Source: Eledone cirrhosa (taxonomy: Eukaryota). Taken from it: a stretch of DNA of 64,000 nt. Numbering within the stretch: position 1 is the first letter of the stretch; each line of letters starts with the position of its first letter. Both the position numbers and the translations under genes were made by a program. The stretch is taken from the NCBI GenBank assembly GCA_964016885.1, contig OZ024755.1, positions 19,716,001 through 19,780,000 on the forward strand, in the 5' to 3' direction. Positions 1 to 12,804 of this stretch are shown piece after piece. The notes under the pieces were generated by a model that ran no database searches, was not told where the DNA came from, and saw nothing but the letters and a program-made list of their open reading frames with translations.

Positions 1-436
1 CTTTGTTTTGTTTTTTGTTGTTGCTGTTCTTTCTTTTGCCCTAGTATTTCGGACCTAAAATTCACTTCTTTAGAGTTTAAGGAACTATCAGAGAATAATG
101 TTCCGGTTTTTTCTCTTTTAATTTTAATATTTTAATCATTGCTTCCAACAATGGCAAGTGGATAGTGTAATTTTAATATTTTAATCATGACTTTAAACTT
201 ACTAAAGGTGTGTCATTACCTTTTCTACATATATTATTACCTGAAGCATAATAAAGTGCCATTAATAGGTAAATTATCATCTGAGAATGTTGTCTTAATT
301 GTGATAGATTGGCATCCTGGCCAAACAATGGATTATCCTTTTGACTGCTTTCCTGCTATAGAGTGAAACATTTATTCCCAAAGTGACCAATAAGAGCTTA
401 AAATATATTTACAAAACAGAGCTGTTTTGTATTCAG

Positions 437-738
437 AGAGAGATAGAGTGGTAGAGCGATAAAGAGAGAGCGTGTGTGAGATAGATAGATAGAGAGAGAG
501 AAAGAGTGAGAGAGAGAAAGAGTAAGAGAGAGTGAGAGAGAGAAAGAGTGAGAGAGAGAAAGAGAGTGAGAGAGAAAGAGTGAGAGAGAGAAAGAGTGAG
601 AGAGAGAAAGAGTGAGAGAGAGAAAGAGTGAGAGAGAGAAAGAGTGAGAGAGAGGAAGAGGAAGAGGAAGAGGAAGAGGAAAAGGAAGAGGAAAAGGAAG
701 AGGAAGAGGAAAAGGAAGAGGAAGAGGGAGAGAGAAAA
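437..738. repeat. Purine-rich (GA)n/(GAGGAA)n compound microsatellite
   Basis: Direct reading; explains the S/L-rich ORF 372..818. Confidence 0.95.
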
Positions 739-965
739 ATAAGTGTATCTTCGATATAAAATCCCCAGAAAACTATCAAATGTTTACAGATCTTTCTTTG
801 TTTTTCTGCCACCAACAAAAATATTCATTTTTGTTGACCCGACCAAGTCTGGTATGGAAATTATAAAACAATGTTTATTCATAACACCGATTTAATAATC
901 AATGTTAGATTGTGATTGTTTAGTAGTTTTATTAATGCAAGAAGTATTATTATTATATTTTAAAG

Positions 966-1153
966 GGCGGTGGATTGGCAGTATCGGTAGAGGGTCGACG
1001 CTATGCTTTCCAGCATAGTTACGTCCCTTTACGATCTGAGTTCAAATCCCGCCGAGGTTGACTTTGCCTTTCATCCTTACGGGGTCGATAAAATAAAGTA
1101 CCAGTAATACACTGTGATAATTGCTGGCCTTGTGCCAAAAGTAGAAACAATTA
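966..1153 (+). mobile_element. tRNA-derived SINE, family A (short variant), full length
   Basis: A-box-like TGGCAGTATCGG, B-box GAGTTCAAATCC, core GCCGAGGTTGACTTTGCCTTTCATCCTTACGGGGTCGATAAAATAAAGTACC (resembles the Meta/MESC SINE domain as I recall it), tail GTAGAAACAATTATT; many copies in the window. Confidence 0.9.
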
Positions 1154-1905
1154 TTATATTTTATATTATAGATTTTAAATCATCAGATGATTAATCCTTT
1201 TTAATAATGCAGGTTCTGATTTGTATAATTCTTCTTGAAAATGCAAATATCAACAACAAAAACATAATTCCACAATATCTTTAATGATTTAATGATATGT
1301 TCTATATTTCCAATAGCATCGAGGCTTCGGTTATAAAAGTCTAAACGTTATGATTTTAGAAAATAAATAACGTTTTTACTGATTTGGCAGATATAGATAG
1401 TATATTATCAGTTTGGCTATACTATCAAAGAAAGCATGCTTTTTTGTCAAACAGTGGATTGCCAACAAACACAAGATGGACCAGCACATTGACCAGTAAA
1501 GCACTTCATAAGTTAACCTCACCCTCAACTTTTCGGTTTAATTTTATTTCTCATATTTTCATTAGGCAATGAAATACAGGAAACAACTTGATTCATATTT
1601 GCTTCATCAAAGAAGTAAAAGTTAATGTTTATAGTGAAAGAAATAACACGGTTCAAGAATAACTGGAAATGTTTATTAACTCCAGGCTAAGATGATATTC
1701 AGAATCTGTTGAGCTACTGTTTTTTCTAGATACCGTATATAGATGTTTCATTGAATTTTAACGTTCCATATATATTGATATTTTAATGTTCCATATACAT
1801 TGATATTTTTCTAATATCTTATCAGTATCATTTGATCTAAAGCAAGTGTTTCTGGACAATATAATATGACTTTATATTAATCTGCAGTACCGAGACCGGG
1901 GAGGA

Positions 1906-1957
<52 letters not shown>

Positions 1958-1977
1958 GTATGTATATATATATATAT

Positions 1978-2153
1978 AAAACTTAAGAAAATTAACAAAG
2001 AAAAGACAAAACAACGAACAGAAACAAAACAAAACGAAAAACATTTTTTTAAAGGGAAACCTTAAAAAATTATTTAAAAAAAAAAATATATACAAACGAA
2101 AGACACAAGAATCCATGGTCATCGGCCGTTAAGATGGACTTGGGCAGTTTCGA
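1978..2153 (-). mobile_element. Family G (TA)n-flanked element, 5'-truncated inside the hammerhead (putative Penelope-like terminal repeat)
   Basis: Homologous to 55527-55705. The minus strand begins (TA)n-GTC-GAAA-CT-GCCCA-AG-TC-CATCTTAA, i.e. the 3' half of a hammerhead. Confidence 0.6.
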
Positions 2154-2444
2154 CTATATATATATATATAATTTAATAGTTAAAAATAGTATATTTTAAA
2201 AGCACTTTCCTTGCTAGTGCACCATAGATAAAACATGGTTGAAATTCAATAACTAACGCTATAAATATCCATATTAATCAAACATTTGACGAATAATATG
2301 CTTTGATGTTCCGGATTACATGCATCAACGAATTATGATATTCATTTGTACATTTCACTGAGATTAGGCGCAGAAATAAAGCCAGTATATAATTTCTGTA
2401 TAATAATAAAATTAGAACAGTTTCTCTCTATGTATATGTATGAT

Positions 2445-2476
<32 letters not shown>

Positions 2477-2487
2477 TATATATACAG

Positions 2488-2928
2488 AAAGAGAGAGGTG
2501 GGAAGAGAGAGTTGGGAGAGAGAGTTGGGAGAGAGAGAGAGTTGGGAGAGAGAGAGAGAATGGGAGGGAGAGAGAATGGGAGGGAGGGAGAATGGGAGGG
2601 AGGGAGAATGGGAGGGAGGGAGGGAGAGAGAGAGAATGGGAGGGAGGAAGGGAGGGAGAGAGAGAGAATGGGAGGGAGGGAGGGAGAGAGAGAGAATGGG
2701 AGGGAGGGAGAGAGAGAATGGGAGAGAGGGAGAGAGAGAATGGGAGAGAGGGAGAGAGAGAATGGGAGGGAGAGAGAGAATGGGAGGGAGGGAGGGAGAG
2801 AGAGAATGGGAGGGAGGGAGAGAATGGGAGGGAGAGTGAGAGAATGGGAGGGAGAGAGAGAGAATGGGAGGGAGAGAGGGAAAGGGGAAGAGAGGGAAAG
2901 GGGGAGAGAGGGAAAGGGGAAGAGAGAA
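2488..2928. repeat. Purine-rich minisatellite (AATGGGAGGGAGGGAGAGAGAG)n
   Basis: Direct reading; source of the E/R/G-rich ORFs. Confidence 0.95.
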
Positions 2929-3402
2929 ATGCAATTTATATATATAGGTTGCTGACTTGCACAAACCGAACATTGGTACGAATGTACACAGATCTCATTT
3001 TCCACCATACTCAGAATGTTCTTTTTTTTAAATGACACACTTAATCGACTACGTATTCTTAGATTATATAATTAATCCGTATTTCTTTAGTATTACGTAA
3101 GCTGCTCCTACTGTACTGAATTCCACTTATTGTTACAGAAAACGTAAATGAACATATTCTCAATGAAGTGTTATAGGAATCTAATGTACAGTTATTTACT
3201 TCTGTTTTATTGTCATATCTAAGACAGTCAGCTTTGATAAATCTGATCAACAAACATGCATTCCTGAGTAGTCTTTCTAATTTTAATCAGGTGTGATATC
3301 TCTAGGCTTATATTATGCAATGTGGTATGTTTTAAAACAAAATAGGGCGTGTTTTGGTTGACACACAGATGTTCCTACGAAAAAATATGTACGAAAATAT
3401 TA

Positions 3403-3587
3403 GCAGATTTGGTAGAGTTTCGGAGAAAATGCTTGGATCTTTATAATCTGTGTTTAAATCCAATAAAGATCAACTTTCACTTTCATAAATCCAGGATCGA
3501 TAAATTAACTATTCGGGTACTGTTCTTGATTTAACCAACATAACCATTTCCTTAAATTTGCTGGCCTTGTGCCTAAATTAGAAATCG
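3403..3587 (+). mobile_element. Degenerate family A SINE (long variant)
   Basis: AACTTTCACTTTCAT..GATCGATAAATTAA and 3' end TTGCTGGCCTTGTGCCTAAATTAGAAA; lies tail-to-tail with the copy at 3601. Confidence 0.65.
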
Positions 3588-3600
3588 ATATATACGGAAA

Positions 3601-3788
3601 TAATTGTTTCTACTTTTGGCACAAGGCCAGCAATTATCCCAATGCATTACTGGTACTTTATTTTATCGACCCCGAAAGGATGAAAGGCAAAGTTAACCTC
3701 GGCGGGGTTTGAACTCAGATCGTAAAGGGTCGTAACTATGCTGGAAAGCATGTCCGACCCCCTACCGATACTGCCAATCCACCGCCCT
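3601..3788 (-). mobile_element. Family A SINE, full length
   Basis: Reverse complement of 966-1153 with few differences. Confidence 0.9.
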
Positions 3789-4617
3789 TATATATATATG
3801 AAAATAATGTTCGTATAACATATTTGTGTGCGAAAATATATTTTTAGCATTGCATCACACTTGAAATCGGGCTCGAATGACGTTTCACGGGTGAATCAAG
3901 AATTGCTAGAAATTAATTACCTTTGTCTTAGAAAGGGAATAGGTAACAACAAATGATTGTAAATAAATGAATATTAACTTCTTATATTTTGACACAAAGG
4001 TTTTCTATTTCCAAACATTGGAGTAATAAGTAATTATAACGCCACTGCGTTTACAAAAAGCTAAAGTAACGCTTGAGAGAAATAGACGTCAATCGAAACA
4101 TGTTTGTATTGCCCATAAATTGAAACAAGTCTTATATAAGTAGAAGCAGTAGAACATCCAGCTAAGGGTTCCACCGTATCGTATCGTATCTCTTACTGTT
4201 CAGTCTCTGATAAAATGACTTTGCCTTTTGTAATACTAAATCTTCATTAATATAAATCGATTACAGTAAATCGATTACAGTAAAGCTATACAAAAACACG
4301 GAGCGGTTTTTGGAGGTAACATTCAGGACGAACCACCGGCTGCAAAAACAACGAGAACAGAAACACCAACTGATATATTTCTAGGCTCTCGCTCTAAAGT
4401 AGAAACTCAAAGAGTATATTAGGTTTTAAATCTCATGACAAAAGCACAGTAATTTTATTTAGTTATTTTACAACTTACACTCGGGAACATCTGCTTAATA
4501 TATTCAAAGCTATAAAATAATTTAATACTTGCAATGTGGTTTTTCTATTGAACAACAACAGAATATCAAACAATTCACGTTTATATTTATATTCATGTCT
4601 TTTTCGCTCTTTCTGTG

Positions 4618-4648
<31 letters not shown>

Positions 4649-4817
4649 TCATATATATATATATATTCATATATATATATATATTCATATATATATATAT
4701 ATATTCATATATATATATATATATTCATATATTCATATATATATATTTATATGTTCATATATATATATATATGTTCATATATATATATATATATGTTCAT
4801 ATATATATACACATATA
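4618..4817. repeat. (TA)n interrupted by TTC/GTTC (compound microsatellite)
   Basis: Direct reading. Confidence 0.95.
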
Positions 4818-5520
4818 AGTTGTTTAAATATGTATGTAAGAATATAACCTACATTAAATTTGCGACCAATTATTTTTTTCATTTTGATTCTGTATTATGT
4901 TTTTTTTTCTCATAAAATTATTTATTTTATTTATTGACCGAAAAATATATATATCAAACACTATGGCAGTAAAACAACAACAACAACAACATATAAATAA
5001 TAACAACAGAATATATAACTTTAGCTATTTGTAATCACTTTGGATTGTCATTTTGACGATAGTCAAAACAGCCTTATAAACACTATTTTTGCTATAGCTT
5101 TTAAGCTAGATTTTTTAGCACGTAAAAACACAGAAAAAACCCCATAAATGTACTGGTTTGCTATGACAGCCCTCGGCTTAATTAAGGAGACTATTTACAC
5201 AATAAAAAAAAACATGTTTATTTAACGATTATGGTTATATAAATACACAGAGACATGCAGGCACATACACAGAGTGATCGCATCGTTAGCGAGGCCACCC
5301 CCCATATCAATTTTGTTTGTATTTTGTTGAAACTCAGTAAGAATTATTGAACCAATCTTTTAAATCTTTATGTTCAATACATCTGATGGCGTCACTGATT
5401 GTATTGTGTCATGGTCTGCTGACTAACCCAATCAAAGTAATCGGAATGTTGTAATTGAGCAACATTAAACGAATATATTAGAATATGGCCTACTATATAT
5501 ATATATATATATATATATAT

Positions 5521-5795
5521 GGAAAGTTATATTTAAATTGTTGGGTTACAACGAGTAAATATTTATAACTGATATAAAAGCACTCGACAAGTATTTGGAG
5601 TATATTTACGATATTAAATAAATGGAAACTATATTTATAAAACCATATTTATTTCATTATATATATTTCAAGGATATCATATTAACAATATGCTATGCCT
5701 TCCTCAGACAAAATACAATATAAACAGTTTTATAGATAAATAGATTTGACATACCGTACAACATCGACTTGTATTTGAAAAGTTGAATTGAGTTG
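5521..5795 (-). mobile_element. Family H hammerhead element, copy 1 (retains the 3' tail, ends at (TA)n)
   Basis: Homologous to 7883-8070 and 8090-8195; contains the ribozyme at 5650-5715 and the tail stem at 5582-5601. Confidence 0.75.
5650..5715 (-). ncRNA. Minimal type-I hammerhead ribozyme (intact core)
   Basis: Minus strand: TATTTTGT-CTGAGGA-aggcatagcatatt gtt aatatgatatcctt-GAAA-T-ATAT-A-TA-ATGAAATA. Stem I has G-U pairs, stem II is paired, loop III is palindromic, cleavage triplet AUA. Confidence 0.8.
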
Positions 5796-5801
5796 ACTGC
5801 C

Positions 5802-6185
5802 AAGGGAGAGGGGAGAGGGGGAGAAAGAGAGAGGGAGAAGTGGAGAAGGAGAGAGGGAGAGAGGGAGAGAGGGAGAGAGGGAGAGAGGGAGAAAGAGAGA
5901 AGGAGAGAGGGAGAGAGGGAGAGAGGGAGAGAGGGGGAGAGAGGGAGAGAGGGGGAGAGGGGAGAGGGAGAGAGGGATATGGGGAGAAGGAGAGAGGGAG
6001 GAGGAGAGAGGGATATGGGGAGGAGGAGAGAGGGATATGGGGAGAAGGAGAGAGGGAGAAGGAGAGAGGGATAGGGGGAGAGGGAAAGGGATAGGGGGAG
6101 AGGGATAGGGATATGGGGAGAAGGATAGGGGGAGAAGGAGAGAGAGAGAGAGGGAGAGGGAGAGAGATGAAGAGAGAGGGAGAGA

Positions 6186-6227
<42 letters not shown>

Positions 6228-6382
6228 GGGAGAGAGAGGGAGAGAGAGGGAGAGAGAGGGAGAGAGAGGGAGAGAGGAAGAGAGAGGAAGAGAGAGGGAG
6301 AGAGGAAGAGAGAGGAAGAGAGAGGGAGAGATAAGGACAGAGGGAGAGATAAGGACAGAGGGAGAGATTAAGAGAGAGGGGA
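5802..6382. repeat. G/A-rich compound repeat
   Basis: Direct reading; source of the P/S/L-rich ORFs. Confidence 0.95.
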
Positions 6383-6784
6383 TGAGCAATTTGAGCAGTC
6401 TTAGAAGGCACCAATTTGTGGAGCCTTATACTGCGGGTGGTGAAATATATATGAGGATAATTAAAAGGTTTGAATTAAGATGCGATACAATGAGTTTAAT
6501 ACGATAATGTAACCTATAGAAAGAGGCATTGCTATACTATATCTAGCACAAGATGCTACCTCTACATGGTCGTTGGACTTGATGCTACTAAATGTGTCAA
6601 TCTCAAATCGCACTCTACAGTTTTAAATATGACGGTCAATGCAATCATAGATATACAAAACAAGATGGTATATTAACCACCGAAATGCGTATAACCCATA
6701 AGATCTGATCTGAAGCGAAGAGGTAACAATATCAACAGCTGCCATAAGACAAATATCTATAATCCCAAGTAAATCAATTTTGAT

Positions 6785-7012
6785 GAATGTTCGATTACCG
6801 GTGACCCTTTGTGCCATTGAGCAAGATATTTTATTTCACGTTGGTCCATGCCTTGTCCCACATTGTGGTACAATGAATACCATTGAATATTAAGTTAAAG
6901 GCACACGTATATGTGGAATGCTCAGCCAGCCACTTGCACGTTAATTTCACGTGTAGAATGTCCCTTTGGTCGAACTACTGGAACATTTGTCTTCGGAACT
7001 GACGGTAATCCA
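6785..7012 (+). mobile_element. Degenerate SINE of another family (B-box plus CORE-like segment)
   Basis: GTTCGATTACC, TTGAGCAAGATATTTTATTTCACGTTG and CAGCCACTTGCACGTTAATTTCACG resemble a cephalopod SINE as I recall it; single copy here. Confidence 0.5.
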
Positions 7013-7059
7013 AAACCAAAATATTATTGTTGAAAGTTGATATTAAGGAAACGTGCCTA

Positions 7060-7265
7060 TTGTTGTTGTTTAACCCCAGGTCAACTCTGAGAAACATGTC
7101 TAGTCGTTATCACCCCGTGTATTAATTTTATGTCTAGGACTACATTATAGGATAAAGTTTCGATAATTTGGTCCCAGTTCTTTCTTATTTAAGAAGATAA
7201 TGTGCGATTCGAGAGATATTTGGTTGCTATTTCTAGTACGTCCACCCACCATGTAGAGGCTTTCT
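7060..7265 (-). mobile_element. Family I interspersed repeat (GCTAGAAATAGCAGCCAAAT...CTAAACAACAAC), SINE/LINE-tail-like
   Basis: GTTGTTGTTTAACCCCAGGTCA...TTTGGTTGCTATTTCTAG; homologs at 11745, 12018, 12805, 29225 and 36125. Confidence 0.7.
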
Positions 7266-7882
7266 TGTTAACTTCAATATGTTGATTCCATCAAAGATAA
7301 CTTGTGATAATTATTTCTCATAACACGAAGTCTGTGTGTGTCTGTGTGTGTCTGTGTCTGTGTGTGTCTGTGTGTGACGGGTGTTGTGTAAGGTATTAGC
7401 AGCTATGAAATCTTGAGGAGAGAATATGATGTGCGTTATTTATTTCTTGATATAAATAAGGTTTGACTTTTATTACGAGCATTACTTCACACGGGCATGC
7501 GCAGAACATTTTACTTTGAAACAGAGAAAAAAAAAATTTCAGATCTGAGAAGAGATGCCATACATAGCTAAAAGCATCTTCTCATCCAAGGATATAAATA
7601 GAACTTGATAGAAACATAATTGTCAGATCCAAGAGAATTCAGCTGGTTTCTTCTCCCACATTTTCAAAGATCTAACGTGGCTATTGTTTAGTTATACAAG
7701 ACCTTGTGAAAGCATTACATTTCCAGTAAGTTTTAGCGCAACGACAATACTTTTCTTTCTATACTGTATATTTCAAGAAGCACAAAGTATGGCGTCAGGT
7801 TTAGTTGGGTAATATTTCTTTTTAATGCAATTTCTTATTGATGCAAATCTCATGAAGCCTGCACTGTTTGTAAATATATATA

Positions 7883-8070
7883 TACGATATTAAACAAATG
7901 GAAACTATATTTATAAAACCATATTTATTTCATTATACATTTTTCAGGGATACCATATTAGAAATATGGCATGCCTTCTTCAGATAAAATACAATATATA
8001 AGCAGTTTTATAAATAAATTTGACGTACCATAAATATTGTTCAACTTCCATTTAAAAAAGTTGGTTTGGT
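7883..8070 (-). mobile_element. Family H copy 2 (tail-less) with near-intact hammerhead at 7926-7991
   Basis: Minus strand: TATTTTAT-CTGAAGA-aggcatgccatatt tct aatatggtatccct-GAAA-aatgta-TA-ATGAAATA; TA runs on both sides. Confidence 0.75.
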
Positions 8071-8089
8071 ATATATATATATATATATA

Positions 8090-8270
8090 TACGATATATT
8101 AACAAATGGAAACTATATTTATAAAACCATATTTATTTCATACATATTTCAAGGACACCAAGTTAAATTATGGTGTGCTTTCATCACATAAATAATTATT
8201 GACATACCCTTAAAGAATGCGACCATTTCTGTTGGAAGCTCCCGGATAGTATATATAAATGTATGTTTCT
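8090..8270 (-). mobile_element. Family H copy 3 (tail-less) with degenerate hammerhead at about 8134-8192
   Basis: Minus strand: gTGATGA-aagcacacca..tggtgtcctt-GAAA-tatgtatgaaat; same 3' boundary (TACGATAT) as copy 2. Confidence 0.65.
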
Positions 8271-8279
8271 ATATATGTA

Positions 8280-8321
<42 letters not shown>

Positions 8322-8346
8322 TATATATATATGAATATATACAGAC

Positions 8347-8389
<43 letters not shown>

Positions 8390-8569
8390 TATAAATATAT
8401 ACATACATATATAAATATATATATATATACACACACACACACATGTATATATATATAAATATATACATACATATATAAAATATATATATATACACACACA
8501 CACATTATATATATATATATATAAATATATACATACATATATAAAATATATATATACACACACACACAC

Positions 8570-8609
<40 letters not shown>

Positions 8610-8610
8610 C

Positions 8611-8686
<76 letters not shown>

Positions 8687-8757
8687 CATATATATATATA
8701 TATACATACATACATACATATGTATACACACACACACATATATATATAAATATATAC
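8270..8757. repeat. (TA)n/(CA)n compound microsatellite with higher-order duplication
   Basis: Direct reading. Confidence 0.95.
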
Positions 8758-8896
8758 ATAGGACAAAGTATGACCCCGACGGCAGAGCTCAGCCGTCGGG
8801 GTCATACTTTCTCCTATTACCCACTCTACTACCCTAAGTATTGAGTACTCTGGTGCGTTATGGTCCATCTGGTTCCTTACCACAACTCCTCTGTTA
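8758..8896 (+). mobile_element. Family B fold-back element, copy 1 (apex in hammerhead loop III)
   Basis: ATGACCCCGACGGCAGAGCTCAGCCGTCGGGGTCAT palindrome followed by the tail CCACTCTACTACCCTAAGTATTGAGTACTC...; seven copies in the window. Confidence 0.8.
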
Positions 8897-8920
8897 TATA
8901 TACATATATATATATATATT

Positions 8921-9254
8921 TTGAGTTTATGTTGGTTGTATACCAACACCTCAGTATGCAGACTGGAGCACTCGACGAAGTGCGCAGGTTGGCTTGGTTA
9001 CTCCGGAGTAGTGTAAAATAAAGTTAAATAAAAGTCAAATATGACTCCAGTTCCCCAGTGAATTAACAACCCAACAAGGAACTGGGCATATCAGAGTATT
9101 GACAATATCATACACCTAAACAACATATGTACTTGTCTATACCATACTAATTCAAACTGCCTGAAGAGCTCACAGCCAAAGATGGCTGTCACTGAAATAT
9201 ATATAGCAGTAATAAACGAAGCTAAATTTTAATCATTTGACTTTTATTTAACTT

Positions 9255-9262
<8 letters not shown>
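8921..9262. mobile_element. Family C hammerhead element, copy 1 (tail on minus strand, tail-less ribozyme arm on plus strand)
   Basis: TAAAATAAAGTTAAATAAAAGTCAAAT (9014-9040) is inverted at 9236-9262; homologous to 37957-38605; TA-flanked. Confidence 0.8.
9156..9210 (+). ncRNA. Minimal type-I hammerhead ribozyme
   Basis: ACTGC-CTGAAGA-gctcACAGCCA aaga TGGCTGTcact-GAAA-T-ATAT-A-TA-GCAGT, followed by AATAAA. Confidence 0.8.
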
Positions 9263-9318
<56 letters not shown>

Positions 9319-9629
9319 TTCTGTTGTTTTAAATAAGTCATTCACTTATCTTGACGTTATAGTCTGTGGGTAAAAGTAATGGTTTTGATACTTAAGTGGC
9401 TTGGCTGTGAAGAGGAAGTTTGCTAAGCTTAAATTGATTAGAGTCTATGAGACAAAACAGCCAAAGTAAAGATCATAAATAAGATACATCATGTTTAGTA
9501 ACGGAATCCCATTGGGGCTTATCACATCTTCCGCAACATGTATTTCCATCAGTTGATAACCAGAGTTATATTTATATATATTTCCCCATGATTCCAACGA
9601 TGACATTCAGCTCCATGGAAGAGCTATAT

Positions 9630-9663
9630 GTCGTCGTCTTCTTCGTCCACTTATTCCTGGAGT
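9630..9663 (-). mobile_element. Very short RTE-type LINE 3' tip
   Basis: Reverse complement CAGGAATAAGTGGACGAAGAAGACGACGAC matches the 3' end of the LINE fragment at 52293-52320. Confidence 0.5.
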
Positions 9664-9780
9664 GACTCTCATCGTTGTTTTAATTTAAAATTATGTTTGT
9701 TGTTTCCCTGATGCAATACAGTATCTCTATGAAGATATAAGGCAAAGACCATGTATTCAGAAGATTCGTATACAACTGAT

Positions 9781-10565
9781 ATTATTATGTGCATGATAGA
9801 TTGGCAGTATCAGTAGAGGGTCGGACGCCATGCTTTCCAGCATAGTTACGTCCCTTTACGATCTGAGTTCAAATCCCGCCGAGGTTGACTTTGCCTTTCA
9901 TCCTTACGAGGGTCGATAAAATAAAGTACCAGTAATGCACTGGTTAATTGCTGGCCTTGTGCCTAAAGTAGAAACAATTATTATGTGCAAGATGGATTGG
10001 CAGTATCAGTAGAGGGTCGGACGCCATGCTTTCCAGCATAGTTACGTCCCTTTACGATCTGAGTTCAAATCCCGCCGAGGTTGACTTTGTCTTTCATCCT
10101 TACGGGGTCGATAAAATAAAGTACCAGTAATGCACTGGTTAATTGCTGGCCTTGTGCCTAAAGTAGAAACAATTATTATGTGCAAGATGGATTGGCAGTA
10201 TCAGTAGAGGGTCGGACGCCATGCTTTCCAGCATAGTTACGTCCCTTTACGATCTGAGTTCAAATCCCGCCGAGGTTGACTTTGTCTTTCATCCTTACGG
10301 GGTCGATAAAATAAAGTACCAGTAATGCACTGGTTAATTGCTGGCCTTGTGCCTAAAGTAGAAACAATTATTATGTGCAAGATGGATTGGCAGTATCAGT
10401 AGAGGGTCGGACGCCATGCTTTCCAGCATAGTTACGTCCCTTTACGATCTGAGTTCAAATCCCGCCGAGGTTGACTTTGCCTTTCATCCTTACGGGGTCG
10501 ATAAAATAAAGTACCAGTAATGCGCTGGGTAATTGCTGGCCTTGTGCCTAAAGTAGAAACAATTA
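9781..10565 (+). repeat. Tandem array of 4 x 195-196 bp units, each a family A SINE plus about 16 bp of flank
   Basis: Units start at 9781, 9977, 10172 and 10367 (ATTATTATGTGCA); near-identical. Confidence 0.95.
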
Positions 10566-10738
10566 TATATTGTAAACTTAGAGGCAATATATCTAAATAT
10601 CCCGAATCACGGTGTCTTAGTGCTACTGCTTATATATTTATTATATATGTGTGTGTATGTATATATAATAAGTAGGAACGAGATATCAATAAACTCTGGA
10701 ATCGATAGTTCATCAGACCTGTGAACCCCCCTCTCTCT

Positions 10739-10778
<40 letters not shown>

Positions 10779-10780
10779 AT

Positions 10781-10922
10781 ACAAAGAGGTTGTGGTAAGA
10801 TACCAGGTGGACCATAACGCACCAGAGTACTCAATACTTAGGGTAGCAGTTGATAGGAAATGTTCAGATCTAGCTGTCGAAACGGCCAGAGTTCAGCCGT
10901 CGGGGTCCTGACTATTTTCCTT
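10781..10922. mobile_element. Family B element, copy 2
   Basis: Tail (reverse complement) joined to GTCGAAACGGCCAGAGTTCAGCCGTCGGGGTC; TA-flanked. Confidence 0.75.
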
Positions 10923-11059
10923 TCTCTCTATATATATATATATCGGTTGTTTAAAGCATACCATTAAGCCTGCACCCCTACGTCTATGTCCTATAGAGAA
11001 TGAAATGATCACACACAAACGCTTGTTGCATGAAGACATGTGAATTAGTTTATACATAG

Positions 11060-11105
11060 CCCATGCTAGCGTGGAAGATAGACGTTATACGATGATGATG
11101 ATGAT
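11060..11105 (+). mobile_element. Retroposon 3' tip with (GAT)n tail
   Basis: CCCATGCTAGCGTGGAAGATAGACGTTATACGATGATGATGATGA resembles RTE-type 3' ends as I recall them. Confidence 0.45.
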
Positions 11106-11744
11106 AAGCCAATTCACACATGCCTTCTTGCAACAAACAAAGGCATTTTAATTAATTGAAACTTCGGTGCTTTTCTTGTTGAGCAGATTTGGATTTTTAC
11201 ATAATAATCATACTGATCACTAAGAGTTTAATTTTAATTTAAAATCTCGAGGTTTTTCTCCTTGGCCCCTTTTGACATATATTGTACTATAACATATATT
11301 AATGGTATGGCAAGGTCATGTAACGCCTGATTGAGTTCTAGGGGCACCCACCGTTGTGGCATACGGCGTTTCTTTAGCATTTTAAACTTGGCCTAGCCGA
11401 TGCCTCTCCATTATCTCACACACACAAAATCATAAATGATATTGTGTACTAAATTATAGATATTTGATGTACCTGGAACCGAACTCCTAGTATTTACTAT
11501 ACAGTGTTTATTATAAATAATATATAAGACGATAAACTCGTGAAAACAATCTATTACATCGGGGAACAAATTAAAATAAGTGAAAATTATCAAAACAAAG
11601 TAAGATGAAAAAAAAAATACCTTTGTAGCAAAATGTCAATCTTAGCAATGAATTTCAAATCCTTTGAGTCTATACGTAAACATAACACGAAATGTATTTA
11701 TACGTGATTGTCTGACTAAACAAATTTATTTCGAGTCAAACGAG

Positions 11745-11945
11745 AGAACATTTAGGTAGTCATTTGACCTGCTAGAAATAGCAACCGGATCCTTTACATC
11801 ACGTCCAACCATATAAAGGATACAGTGAATAACATATTTATAGTTAAGAAATATCCGTGTGAAGGATGTAGTGGTCATGGCTGGAATACCTTTGATTATA
11901 GGTCTAGTTAGTTGTGGTTAATCCTCTGCTACTAAAGAGCAACGA
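11745..11945 (+). mobile_element. Family I repeat, degenerate
   Basis: TGACCTGCTAGAAATAGCAACC...GGTCATGGCTGGAATACCTTTGATTATAGGTCT. Confidence 0.7.
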
Positions 11946-12017
11946 GAACAGCGTTATTTCGCGGAGTTAGTTTTCCAGTTTTTATATGAAATGAAAGCGG
12001 ACCCTTTTTTCCTTCTT

Positions 12018-12215
12018 GCTGTTGTTAGTGTTTAGCCCGTGTCAATTCTGAACGAGTAGATCCTTGATCAAAACCATTCCATAAGAGACCATCCCAGATT
12101 TGTTTGCTTTTTAAGCATAGTGGAATACACGATCCAATGTGTTGTTTAATTTTTTTATAATTGGAAGGGAAATCTGGCTACTATTTCTTTATAGGTCGAG
12201 ATTCGGTTTCGAAGC
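12018..12215 (-). mobile_element. Family I repeat, degenerate
   Basis: GTGTTTAGCCCGTGTCA...GATCAAAACCATTCC...TGGCTACTATTTCT. Confidence 0.65.
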
Positions 12216-12804
12216 ACACTCGCTGACACGAAATCTTTTGCTTAATGTTTTGTTTTATATTATGATTGTTCTCCTCACAAAAGTTACATTTATAATCAAT
12301 TATAATTGATTGAAACTTAATGGCTTACTACATTAAATAAGTCAACGCCCACTCACGTTATATTTTATAAAGATTCAATGGAAATATTTTTATGCGTACG
12401 ACATCAAAACTAATTTTTTTTTTCAATATTTAAAGAAAAAAGTAATTAAATAAATTTAAACGGAAGGATTTTCTGACGTATTTAAAACGTTAGTTAACTT
12501 TTGCTGAAATTCACAGACAGGCCAGAATTCGAGGTTAATGATTGATTGATTAAAGTTTGCACAGTCATTTCTGATTAAATTCTGTTTTTTTTTTTTTTTA
12601 AATTCAATGAACGTGTTATTCACTAGTAATCTCTATAGAGACACCCTGTGCAATTAGTCAGAGCATCTGTAGAAACAAAATGAACATTATAGAATTCTTT
12701 CTAGAACAGAGATCAATTTGGTTGAGCGGTTTCAAATTTCAGTATTTACGTCCGTCTTTCTTGTTGAACTAAACCGATTAATGATATGAACCAACGATTG
12801 AATA

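Noticed and set aside
966-1055. Possible tRNA gene (A and B boxes)
   Set aside because: It is the head of a multi-copy SINE; there is no complete cloverleaf or acceptor stem.
3059-3253. 64-aa non-repetitive ORF as a possible exon
   Set aside because: No recognisable motif or convincing splice signals; expected by chance.
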